Below, piece by piece: positions 50,038 through 58,919 of a DNA stretch of 64,000 nt; position 1 is the stretch's first letter; each line of letters begins with the position of its first letter. The notes under the pieces are model-generated. The model had not been told where the DNA came from, ran no database searches, and saw only the letters and a program-made list of their open reading frames with translations. Made by a program: the position numbers and the translations under genes. The DNA is from Bdellovibrio sp. Lineage in GTDB: Bacteria; Bdellovibrionota; Bdellovibrionia; Bdellovibrionales; Bdellovibrionaceae. The stretch is taken from positions 512,001 through 576,000 of the forward strand of contig JAKFCY010000003.1 in the NCBI GenBank assembly GCA_036676395.1, written 5' to 3'.

Positions 50038-51135
50038 GTGAGCGATTACGAAGAAAAAGAAGAGAAAGTACGTCGAGATAAGATAGAACTTTCGGAAGAA
50101 GAATTTGAAAAAGGTAGGCAGGAAATTCTTTTTGCCGTCAATTCAGCTAGAAATAATAAACTACAAGATAGAGTTGCTTGGATACTTAATCATTACCCAG
50201 CAGCTAGAGATTCAGACATAACACTTAGTTTAAGTTACTGGGAGCAATTTGAACCTGAATTTTTAGATGGTGAGGTAATTAAGAAGTTAAATCTTTTTAA
50301 ACTTACTAAAACTAATTCATTAACTCGAGAACGAGCGCGTATTCAAAATGTCTATAAATTGTATTTAGCAAGTGATAAAGTTCGAAAGCATCGTGGAAAA
50401 TTAGAAGAAGATCAGTATGCGGCGGCGATATCGGAGCAGCCTAATTTTCCTGTATCAGTAGTTTATGCGGACGAAAGTGGTAAGAATGATAAGTTTTTAA
50501 TTGTCGGCAGTCTTTGGATTCTTAATGGTCGCGAAGCCTTTCGCCTTCAGCAGCAAATTGAGGCCTGGAAAATTCAAAAATGTATAACTTATGAGTTTCA
50601 TTTTGCGGAATTAAAAAAACAGCAATTAGAAGAATACAAAGAGCTAGTTGATCTTTTGCATGCGGAATCTGCTTTACTAGGTTTCAAAGGAATGTTTGTA
50701 GAACGTGCGGGGACAGGGCATCAGTCTGAAGTATATGGCGATCTATTTTATCACTTAATTGTAAAAGGTATCGAACATGACCATGGTAAAAATAGGGCGC
50801 CACTGCCCAGAACTATTCAATTTTTGAAAGATCAAGAGAGTACGGGTGGCGATAAGCTTCTATTGGCTAATTTAAAAGATCGATTGCAACAGGTTTCTGT
50901 AAATAAATTCGATAAAAAATTATACATAGACCAGATTGAAGCGATGGACTCAAAGGCATTGATACATCTGCAGCTCACAGATTTATTTACTGGTTCAGTT
51001 AATCGACATTTAAATCATAATAACGATGTTAAGAATCATAAAGATGAATTTGCGGATTATTTTATAGATAAATTTCGCATCAAAAGAAAAAAGCTTTCTG
51101 GTGAAGATGTTACTGCCTTACTTAGTTTTGATTAA
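50038..51135 (+). CDS. DUF3800-like (RNase H-like fold) protein with extra N-terminal domain
   Basis: YADESG, EFHF, DS...LQLTDL; AAGGTGG RBS before GTG 50038. Confidence 0.75.
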   Translation: MSDYEEKEEKVRRDKIELSEEEFEKGRQEILFAVNSARNNKLQDRVAWILNHYPAARDSDITLSLSYWEQFEPEFLDGEVIKKLNLFKLTKTNSLTRERARIQNVYKLYLASDKVRKHRGKLEEDQYAAAISEQPNFPVSVVYADESGKNDKFLIVGSLWILNGREAFRLQQQIEAWKIQKCITYEFHFAELKKQQLEEYKELVDLLHAESALLGFKGMFVERAGTGHQSEVYGDLFYHLIVKGIEHDHGKNRAPLPRTIQFLKDQESTGGDKLLLANLKDRLQQVSVNKFDKKLYIDQIEAMDSKALIHLQLTDLFTGSVNRHLNHNNDVKNHKDEFADYFIDKFRIKRKKLSGEDVTALLSFD

Positions 51136-51271
51136 AGCTACTAGTTGATTAAGGTAACGCATTAGCAAGTGAGATAGTCTAACAAAGCAGAAGGCCGAGC
51201 GAAGTTAAGTGATTAAGTCACTTATTCGAATCTATGTAGAAGTTTTTTATTTGTAGGGTAAGGTATATTAT

Positions 51272-52135
51272 ATGGAAGAAATAAAAAGGTCTCGAAAAGC
51301 GCTTATTCTTTTTCCTCAGTCTAAGCTAGGAAAAATAATTTTGTACCTAATCTTGGGTGCTAAAGTTTTGATGTATGTGGTCAGGGCATTTACGCTGCCG
51401 GATAAAACTCTGACGGCTGATCCTAGCCTGCTGTCTTTGATTGGTATGTTAATAGATATTATAAGTGTTGTTAGTGTTGATCTTATTATCATGTGGATTG
51501 CGCGCTGGATACTTGTAAAAACTAAAATATTGGAAGTGCAGAATACTGATAAGACTGAGTTTAGCCGTCTCTTTGCGGCGATAGTTGGTATCATTCTTAT
51601 CAGTTCAATTGCTATTCCGATTTTCGTTAGTGGCGGTTTTCCGTTAAAGAAGACGTCATCTCCTACTTCTAATGTCGATAATCTTTCTTCTGAAGAAAAG
51701 GCAAGATTTCGGGAGATTATGACTGCTGTAATACAATCTAATGAGAATTTGACAGCAGAAATTCATTCTGAGTTTTGGATATTGTTGCGAAAAATGGGAG
51801 TTCGCGAAGAAGGACAAATCGCACAGCTTAAGGACGTAATGACAGGCGCTTCTGGAAAATATCAAAGATATGTTTGGGAAGATGCGCAGAAATCATTGCG
51901 AGAAGGTCGCGTATTCAAATCACCAGAACGAGAAGCATATGAAAAATATCTTCAGTCAATTGGTATGACCGAAGATCGTCGCATTCAGAACGATGAGTTC
52001 ATAAAGAAAATAGCAAATAAGATTGCGATCCCAATTCAAGGAGAAAATGTGGTTATGAACGAAGAAATGATTAAGGAAATACTTTCTAATCTTGCTAGTG
52101 CGACTGCGAGAATAGACAAACTTTTTACCCCTTAA
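51272..52135 (+). CDS. Membrane protein (about 3 TM plus soluble domain)
   Basis: Three hydrophobic segments in the N-terminal half. Confidence 0.7.
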   Translation: MEEIKRSRKALILFPQSKLGKIILYLILGAKVLMYVVRAFTLPDKTLTADPSLLSLIGMLIDIISVVSVDLIIMWIARWILVKTKILEVQNTDKTEFSRLFAAIVGIILISSIAIPIFVSGGFPLKKTSSPTSNVDNLSSEEKARFREIMTAVIQSNENLTAEIHSEFWILLRKMGVREEGQIAQLKDVMTGASGKYQRYVWEDAQKSLREGRVFKSPEREAYEKYLQSIGMTEDRRIQNDEFIKKIANKIAIPIQGENVVMNEEMIKEILSNLASATARIDKLFTP

Positions 52136-52291
52136 GTGATTTGTAGAAATAGAAATTCATGAGCAGTATTTTTCATCAGGTAAAGAGTTTTATAGATCAG
52201 ACATTGTTGAGAGATTTAAAAATTATTTTTTGGTTATGTAAGCCATACATATATTTTGGCGATTACAAAGATTAAGAGAGGGATAAGGTTT

Positions 52292-52420
52292 ATGAAAGGT
52301 ATTGTTGCGAATATCAATCAATGTCGTGGAATGGTTGCAGTAAAAACTAACAAGTATATGATTTTTGTGATTCAAGATTCATCAGTAATGAAAGCTCCGA
52401 TATTGAGAGATGAAATTTAA
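52292..52420 (+). pseudogene. Short ORF or gene remnant (MKGIVANINQCRGMVAVKT...)
   Basis: 42 codons with an AAGG RBS, abutting the next ATG; below the ORF-track cutoff. Confidence 0.35.
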
Positions 52421-52981
52421 ATGGATTTGACTTCAATAGTTAACATCATTTCTGCGATTGTAATTGGCATTCTTACTTTCTTGATATGGAGAGCAACACA
52501 AGCTCAGGCAGAGACTACAGATGCGTTGCGTGCAATAGAAACTCAGCGTGACTTCGCAGAAGATCCAAGAGTATTTATTTGCATCGATGGTTATCATCCA
52601 GACACCCAGGTAGCTAGTTTTGTCATGCAAAACTCAGGCAAGAAGAGTCTGTTTCTTCGGTCCTTGCAAATTTACTCTTCTGGAATGGAAGTAGAAATGT
52701 TTAACATGGAAATGGGATCTAAAAATGATCGAATGATGGTCCCAAGACAAGAAATTCGTGATTTAGTTATTACACCAGATAAAACCGAAAAATTTTATTT
52801 CAAACTTAACGGCAGTGGCCAGCACTTCGAGTTATTGGCTCAACTTTATACCGGCAATCCGGTTCGCCTTAAAATGAACCCATCCTACTATAACGGATAT
52901 GAATTGCGCGCTATAGGCGGAACTGAACTTAAAGCCTACTTTAAGGGTAGGGAGTTAAATAAAAACGGTGATGCTAGTTAA
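52421..52981 (+). CDS. Single-TM hypothetical protein
   Basis: N-terminal TM followed by a beta-rich domain. Confidence 0.7.
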   Translation: MDLTSIVNIISAIVIGILTFLIWRATQAQAETTDALRAIETQRDFAEDPRVFICIDGYHPDTQVASFVMQNSGKKSLFLRSLQIYSSGMEVEMFNMEMGSKNDRMMVPRQEIRDLVITPDKTEKFYFKLNGSGQHFELLAQLYTGNPVRLKMNPSYYNGYELRAIGGTELKAYFKGRELNKNGDAS

Positions 52982-53014
52982 TTAGATTAGTCAGAAAAAT
53001 AAATAGGAGCGATT

Positions 53015-53218
53015 ATGGATTCTAAAAAAGAAAATACTCAACGAATTACTGTGGGAGAGTTGATTGACCACTTAAAAGTTTTTGATAAAGATTCGGAAGT
53101 GATTTTTGGTAATGAGGAAATAAGTTTTTATCGAACGAAGTATAGGGGAGAAAAACTTGTTCAGATTGAGTTTAATGAAATAATACTTGATGGAAAGATT
53201 ACTAGACTCACGGAATAG
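53015..53218 (+). CDS. Small hypothetical protein
   Basis: AGGAG RBS; ITVGELIDHLK motif common in small phage/island proteins. Confidence 0.65.
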   Translation: MDSKKENTQRITVGELIDHLKVFDKDSEVIFGNEEISFYRTKYRGEKLVQIEFNEIILDGKITRLTE

Positions 53219-53292
53219 AAGACTCATTATAAAAGTACGTATGATGCAGGGTGGTTTGAAGTTACCCATTCTAACCTAAAAGGAGAGTTGGC

Positions 53293-53849
53293 GTGGATCA
53301 AAAAAAGTTAAAAATTGCGTACCATGAAACAGGTCATGCGGTTATGGCATTGATTTGTGGCCAAGATATACAGAAGGTTTCGCTTAGAGAAATGGACTCG
53401 CCTTTAGGAACAGATAAGTATCTTGCGTCTGCGTCACTTGAACCCTTCAGGCAAGAGCCGACTATTACGATTAACGAATCTAATCGGAGAATCATGATCT
53501 GGTTGGCAGGCTTTACAGGAGATGGATTATTTTCTGAGGGCGTAATCAGTAATTTCGGCGGTGACGACTTAATGAGGGCAACACGTTGGATTGAAAATAT
53601 GTTAGAAAACGAAATGTTTAGAAGTTTCGCAGAGCAGTTACCAGACCCCGCACCAGGTACATTAGATTTGATTGAGAACCTTCTGGTTAGACGATACATC
53701 GACTATATGATGCAAAAGTGCTTTGAGACACTGGGGCCGCTAAAACCGACAATTAAGGAATAGCTGAAGAATTGTATCGACGTGAGGAACTCACAGGAGA
53801 TGAGATCTCTGCCCTTTTCAATTCTTTTATGCAGTCGCGCCTATATTAA
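53293..53849 (+). pseudogene. Stand-alone M41 (FtsH-type) metallopeptidase-like gene, frameshifted near 53760
   Basis: AYHETGH, LAG, GGDD; C-terminal IAEELYRREELTGDEI continues in another frame to TAA 53847-53849. Confidence 0.7.
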
Positions 53850-53913
53850 GTTTAAGCTATTTCAAAAGCCTTGAAATTAGGCTAGAATAGCCAGGTACAC
53901 AAAAGAAGTGGGC

Positions 53914-54008
53914 TGCGGACATCATGGTTCGGCAATCGAGTCTCCACCTCCACCAATTTTTTAGTTAGAACCCAGATGTCCGCAAAGGATTTCTGCGTTC
54001 TCTTTTTT
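53914..54008 (+). repeat. Damaged copy of the ssrA 3' end plus terminator (att-like)
   Basis: 29-bp exact match of 53945-53973 to 47881-47909; upstream TGCGGAC...GGTTC; terminator with compensatory changes. Confidence 0.9.
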
Positions 54009-54048
54009 CAGACGTCAACGTCGCACGATGAACTAATCTCTATTTTTT

Positions 54049-54555
54049 TCAGACATATCGATGCATTCTTTTCTCCTGCAATTCAGTCTTGAGGTCGCAA
54101 CTTGTCAGTCGAAGCATTAAGATTGAACTCGAAATGCATTTTGTGTCGTGGATATCGCCGGGCAAGTAAACCCGACTTTCACCCGCCGTCATTCGGTACT
54201 TTTCACGTCGAACTATTTCGATGTTACCTTGCCGCTCAGTGCGCCCATAGGTTCCCATTTCAATTTCGCCTCGTTGAACAGCGTAGATGACCCATCCGTT
54301 TCCATGATCATGAGGGTGTCGATACAACCCCTCGTTTTCTGTGTGCGCTAAAAGAATGAATCCATGTTCGGGATCTCGATACAGTTCGCGGCTTTCATCA
54401 AGATCTTCTTTTAGAGCTGCTAGCCACGGTTCAGAAATGGGTGCATGTACAAGATCTTCGAGCAAAGCCTGGGTTTTTATAACCAGTTTTGAATCTAATG
54501 GTCCCCATATTTTTCGAATCTCTTCGATGAATTTAGTTAGCGAATCTTTTTTCAT
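54049..54555 (-). CDS. Cupin / cysteine-dioxygenase-like protein
   Basis: PHDHG...W..Y...GE.E and PGDIH motifs. Confidence 0.75.
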   Translation of the reverse strand: MKKDSLTKFIEEIRKIWGPLDSKLVIKTQALLEDLVHAPISEPWLAALKEDLDESRELYRDPEHGFILLAHTENEGLYRHPHDHGNGWVIYAVQRGEIEMGTYGRTERQGNIEIVRREKYRMTAGESRVYLPGDIHDTKCISSSILMLRLTSCDLKTELQEKRMHRYV

Positions 54556-55754
54556 AAGTTCTCCTTTTTTGAGTGTTTGAGTTGATTGATTAGCAGAATG
54601 ACGATCAAGAAGGCCGCCATCGAGAAAGTGATTTGTAATCCAACTGAAATGTTTTTCTCAGCCGCATCGGAGACGCTTCCCATTAAGTAAGTGCCAGCGA
54701 TCAAGCCCAAGTTGCGCGAAAGATTTAGTGCGCCTGCTGCGATCCCGCGATGTTCGGTGCGAGCGTTTTGCATGAAGCTGTTTGAATTAGCGGATAAAAA
54801 AAGTTGGTAACCAAAACTTAGAAGAACTGCAGAGATTACAAATCCTAAAGATCCAAACTGCTTCGGTAAAAAAATAAATGAGATGCTTCCAACTAATACC
54901 TGCATAAATCCAAATTTAATAATGAGGCTGTAACCGAACCGATCGACGGCGTAACCAGCAACTATTCCAGAAAGAATTGATGTGATGGGACCCGCCGACA
55001 TAACAAGACCCATGTGGCCAGGATCAAGGTGCAAAGCATGAGTCAGATAAAAGGGGCCTATGATCAAAGTTGAAACCATAACGGCCGATACCGCAAAATT
55101 TGAAAACAGATGCATTCTAAACGAAGAGTCAGAGCAGAATGATTTGGCCGTATCGAAAAAGTTACTCTGTTGTTTGTTATGGCTTGAACTTTCACTAAGC
55201 CGAACGAACTTGAAAATTAATAAAAGAGTAAAAATTCCAAGCGCCACCATCGCAGAAAATATCGTGCGCCAGCCAAACTCTGCGATAAGCAATCCGCTGA
55301 TCAATGGACCTGTCGCGGTTCCTACGGCCGACATCGTAGCAAGAAATCCGATGGCCCGACCCATTTTCTGATCAGGCAAAGTATCTGTTATGATGGCGAT
55401 GGGAAGTACGGCAAGTGCTGCGGCGCCAATTCCTTGTATCACTCGACCGAAGATCAAGGCTGAGAATGAAAATGAAAAACTGGAAATAAACGTTCCGGCG
55501 CTAAACATGGCCGCTCCTAATAGAAGAATATTTCGTCGTCCGTTTAGGTCTGCGAGCCTACCTGCGACAAGACTAAATAATGTGATTGCCAATAGATACG
55601 AGAGAACGATCCATCGTACGGCCGAAAAAGAAAGTGAGAATTCCTCGGCGATAGACGGTAATGCAAGATTAGCCATGCTTGTGCCGGCCGAGACAAGAAG
55701 AGCCGATAAGGCCAGAGTTCCTACCAATAAGTTTTGTTTGCATCGTAATCTCAT
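54552..55754 (-). CDS. MFS efflux transporter
   Basis: GRLADLNGRR motif A, GRVIQGIG, GPLISG; ATG 55754. Confidence 0.9.
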   Translation of the reverse strand: MRLRCKQNLLVGTLALSALLVSAGTSMANLALPSIAEEFSLSFSAVRWIVLSYLLAITLFSLVAGRLADLNGRRNILLLGAAMFSAGTFISSFSFSFSALIFGRVIQGIGAAALAVLPIAIITDTLPDQKMGRAIGFLATMSAVGTATGPLISGLLIAEFGWRTIFSAMVALGIFTLLLIFKFVRLSESSSHNKQQSNFFDTAKSFCSDSSFRMHLFSNFAVSAVMVSTLIIGPFYLTHALHLDPGHMGLVMSAGPITSILSGIVAGYAVDRFGYSLIIKFGFMQVLVGSISFIFLPKQFGSLGFVISAVLLSFGYQLFLSANSNSFMQNARTEHRGIAAGALNLSRNLGLIAGTYLMGSVSDAAEKNISVGLQITFSMAAFLIVILLINQLKHSKKENL

Positions 55755-55760
55755 GATCCC

Positions 55761-55791
55761 AGTGTGCAACCTCAAGTGAACTTGAGTTCAA
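55761..55791 (-). promoter_or_regulatory. MerR-type promoter with SoxR-like operator
   Basis: TTGAAC-N19-CACACT enclosing the palindrome CTCAAGT-GA-ACTTGAG. Confidence 0.8.
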
Positions 55792-55852
55792 GTCTATTCT
55801 GGCAAAAATAGACTTTTTATTGGCTTTTATAGGTGTTTGCCTTAACCTGAGA

Positions 55853-55870
55853 CCTCAAGTTCAATTGAGG
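55853..55870. promoter_or_regulatory. Second MerR operator, probably autoregulatory
   Basis: CCTCAA-N6-TTGAGG, 6 nt before the regulator ATG. Confidence 0.7.
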
Positions 55871-55876
55871 TTAGAC

Positions 55877-56302
55877 ATGAAATCGAATTCTATAAATAAA
55901 ACGCTCGATATTGGTGACGTAGTTCAGTTGTCAGGGGTGCCCCCTTCGACACTTCGCTTTTATGAAGAGAAGGGTTTAATCCGATCAACGGGCCGTCATG
56001 GGCTAAGAAGGCTTTTCAATGCTCATGTCTTACAGCAGCTAGAATTTATTGCGCTGGGAAGACACGCTGGTCTAACTTTAGAAGATATTGCTTCGATGTT
56101 TACGACCGAAGGCGAACTTCAGGTCAGCAGAGAGTTTCTTTTCGAGAAGGCCAATGAAATGGAAAAGAGCATTCGCAAGCTTACTGCAGTTCGTAGCACT
56201 CTTTTGCATGTAGCCAAGTGTTCTGCGCCAAACCATATGGAATGTCCTAAATTTCAACGCTTACTGCGAGTCGCCGGTAAAAAGAAACATTCCCGCAGGT
56301 AG
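55877..56302 (+). CDS. MerR-family regulator
   Basis: LDIGDV...STLRFYEEKGLI HTH; C-terminal CSAPNHMEC. Confidence 0.92.
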   Translation: MKSNSINKTLDIGDVVQLSGVPPSTLRFYEEKGLIRSTGRHGLRRLFNAHVLQQLEFIALGRHAGLTLEDIASMFTTEGELQVSREFLFEKANEMEKSIRKLTAVRSTLLHVAKCSAPNHMECPKFQRLLRVAGKKKHSRR

Positions 56303-56313
56303 GTTGAGAAAGC

Positions 56314-56751
56314 TTAAAACATTGTATTATCGTTAGCGGCTTTTTCTGGAACCTCTTGAACGACATCCCAATGTTCGACTAGTTTTCCATTTTTGAGCCG
56401 GAAGATGTCCATGATAGCAAGTCCACGAGTTTTGTCATTTACCTTCCCATGAGCGTGCACGACGACCAAATCACCTTTTGCGATAATTCTTTTAATCACA
56501 ATTTTAGAGTCGGGATTTTTTTTGAACAGAGGTTCAAAAAATGCCACGAAGGCATCTGCTCCATTGGCAACAGAGGGATTATGCTGAATATAACTTTCTC
56601 CAAAATACTTCTGAGTTGCTTCGCGTGGCTTATGCTTGTTGAAGGCAAGTTCAAAGAAAGCGATAACGACTTTCTTGTTGGTTTCTTCAAGCTCACTGGC
56701 AAAGGAAATTTGAGAGAATGCAACCACGGCGATCGCTAAAATCATTTTCAT
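56314..56751 (-). CDS. SnoaL/NTF2-like protein with signal peptide
   Basis: YIQHNP, GDLVVVH, DIFR...EHWDV. Confidence 0.9.
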   Translation of the reverse strand: MKMILAIAVVAFSQISFASELEETNKKVVIAFFELAFNKHKPREATQKYFGESYIQHNPSVANGADAFVAFFEPLFKKNPDSKIVIKRIIAKGDLVVVHAHGKVNDKTRGLAIMDIFRLKNGKLVEHWDVVQEVPEKAANDNTMF

Positions 56752-56815
56752 TTTTATCTCCAACCTGGGAAATGTCCCAAAAAATTAATCCGAATAAGAA
56801 TAAAAAAATATAAGA

Positions 56816-57586
56816 TCATTTTGCTTCAGCCTTTAGCGCTTTTGCAACAGCTTCTCCAAAAGGCTTTGCCGATGGAGGATTCTGACCAGTAATCAGACGT
56901 CCATCGATTACGACTTTACTTTTTAAGATAGGTGCTTTTTCGAAAATAGCTCCAGCTTTTCTAAGAGCAGTTTCAAGATCAAATGGAATTAGTTTTTCAT
57001 ATTTGAGAGAGATTTCTTCTTCTTTAGTGAATGCTGTCAGTTTTTTGCCAGCAATAAGACTTTCACCATTGCTAAGTTTTACCTTAAGAAATCCAGCGGG
57101 ACCATGGCATACGGCACTCACAATTCCATTGTTTTCGTAAATGACACGTATGATGTTTTGCAGATCAACGTTGTCGACGAAATCAAACATGGGCCCATGT
57201 CCACCAACCAGTTGAATAGCATCATATTTTGTAGGGTCGATATCCGAAAGTTTTAGAGTGTTACCGAGTTTGTTTCGATATTTTGGATTAGTCCAAAACC
57301 ATAAATTCGCTTCATCTTTTAAATCAAAACCATCGAAGGGTGAAAGTCCTCCTTTAGGACTGACTATGTCGATATCAAAGCCAGCTTTATCATAAACCTG
57401 AACAGGATGAGTTAGTTCAGGAAACCAGAATCCCGCTACTAGGCCTTCGCCTTTCTTGTCTTGGCTTGATACCACTATGAGAATTTTCCTATTCTTATTT
57501 TCAGTACTTTTAGCCATTGAGATAGTTGAGAAAGATAAGAACATTGAGATGATGGCTGTTGTTATTGCAATTGAGTGCTTATTCAT
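56816..57586 (-). CDS. DJ-1/PfpI (class I glutamine amidotransferase-like) protein with signal peptide
   Basis: GFWFPEL, GGHGPM, AVCHGP, ITGQNP. Confidence 0.92.
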   Translation of the reverse strand: MNKHSIAITTAIISMFLSFSTISMAKSTENKNRKILIVVSSQDKKGEGLVAGFWFPELTHPVQVYDKAGFDIDIVSPKGGLSPFDGFDLKDEANLWFWTNPKYRNKLGNTLKLSDIDPTKYDAIQLVGGHGPMFDFVDNVDLQNIIRVIYENNGIVSAVCHGPAGFLKVKLSNGESLIAGKKLTAFTKEEEISLKYEKLIPFDLETALRKAGAIFEKAPILKSKVVIDGRLITGQNPPSAKPFGEAVAKALKAEAK

Positions 57587-57713
57587 TTTTTCTCCTAGTG
57601 ATAAATTACAGTGCTCATTATATATTGAAAAGTATTGCTTAAGAATCCCATCTTATCTAAACTGGCTGTTTAGATAAATTAAACAATGCCCTTTTTTTAA
57701 AAATGGACTAAGT

Positions 57714-58620
57714 ATGTCAAATAATGATCCTTTTAGTTATTTAAGTGTTTTTTTTTGAGGTCGCTAAACAACAAAGTTTTCGTGCAGCTGCGCGTTCTTT
57801 AGAATTAACACCGGGAGCGATTAGCCAAGCAATCTCAAGCTTAGAAAAGCGATTAGGTCGCTCACTATTTCATCGAACAACCAGAAAAGTTGCATTAACA
57901 GAAGATGGGCAAGCATTCTTAAACGAAACGCTGTCTGCTGCAGAAAAAATTGGATCTGCAGTTAAGACATTTAAGGAAAATGGAGGCACAGTCACCGGGA
58001 CGCTACGGCTAATTGTGGAGCCAGTTGCAGCCACGCATGTTATAGAGACCATTCTTCCTGTTTTACGATCTCAATGGCCGGACATCTCTGTTGAGGTGGC
58101 GGTGGAAGATGTTCATACGAATTTTATTTCATCTGGATTTGACGCCGGTATAAGAATTGGATCTTATATCGCCCCCGACATGATCGCGATAAAAGTTTCT
58201 AAAAAATTCAAATGGATTATTTTAGGAGCACCTTCTTATTTTAAAAAATATGGAAAACCTGTAACTCCGAATGATCTATTAAAACACCAGTGCCTTGGGT
58301 TAAGACGTCTCGAAAAAAGCGACGTTTACCATTGGGAGCTTGTCGATGGAAATAAAACAATTCGAATTAATCCAGGCAGAAGAGTTGTGGTCAACAATGG
58401 CAGGCTAATGCGTCGTCTTGCCGCAAGAGGAATGGGTTTGATTTACACTTCAATGTTACATGCTTCGGAAGAATTGGAATCAGGAGAACTTGTGCCAGTT
58501 CTACAGTCTTATATGCCGACCAATGCTGAGTCGCTTTATTTATACTTTACAAAAACAAATAGAAACCAACCGAAGCTAAGAGCCCTTATAGAATGTTGTA
58601 AATCGCTGCACTCAATATAA
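57714..58620 (+). pseudogene. LysR-family regulator with a +1 frameshift in a T9 tract (57748-57756)
   Basis: ATG 57714 reads MSNNDPFSYLSVFF then TGA; removing one T joins it to EVAKQQSFRAAA... to give a complete LysR HTH. Confidence 0.75.
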
Positions 58621-58788
58621 ACTTTTGCCCAGGACATAGCTCGACTGACTCGTTCTCAAGCGCTCCACCTCTTAAGATGAAGGTGAGTTTGTGTTTACCC
58701 TTTGAGTCTTCTGGCCCTACTCAAACTCGTCAGCCCAGAAATCGCTGCTTGAACCTGCTGTAAAATTTGAGGTCGATGTCGGTGCCAC

Positions 58789-58804
58789 TGGCATGCTCCC
58801 TGCT
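58789..58804 (+). promoter_or_regulatory. Sigma54-type promoter of the ATPase operon
   Basis: TGGCATGCTCCCTGCT. Confidence 0.6.
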
Positions 58805-58919
58805 AGTATGGAGTACTTATGATTTTTATCTTGCTGTTCATGAAGTTGAGAGATCGCGATGAGACAAAGTGGCTCAATCAACAGACTCAGCCGGTCATTT
58901 TGTCAGAAGGTTATTTGTT

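Noticed and set aside
51177..51225. Integron attC site (GTCTAAC...GTTAAGT, next to a TAAGTGA/TCACTTA palindrome)
   Set aside because: Boxes only about 20 nt apart, far shorter than attC; no intervening hairpin, no similar sites after neighbouring genes, no intI
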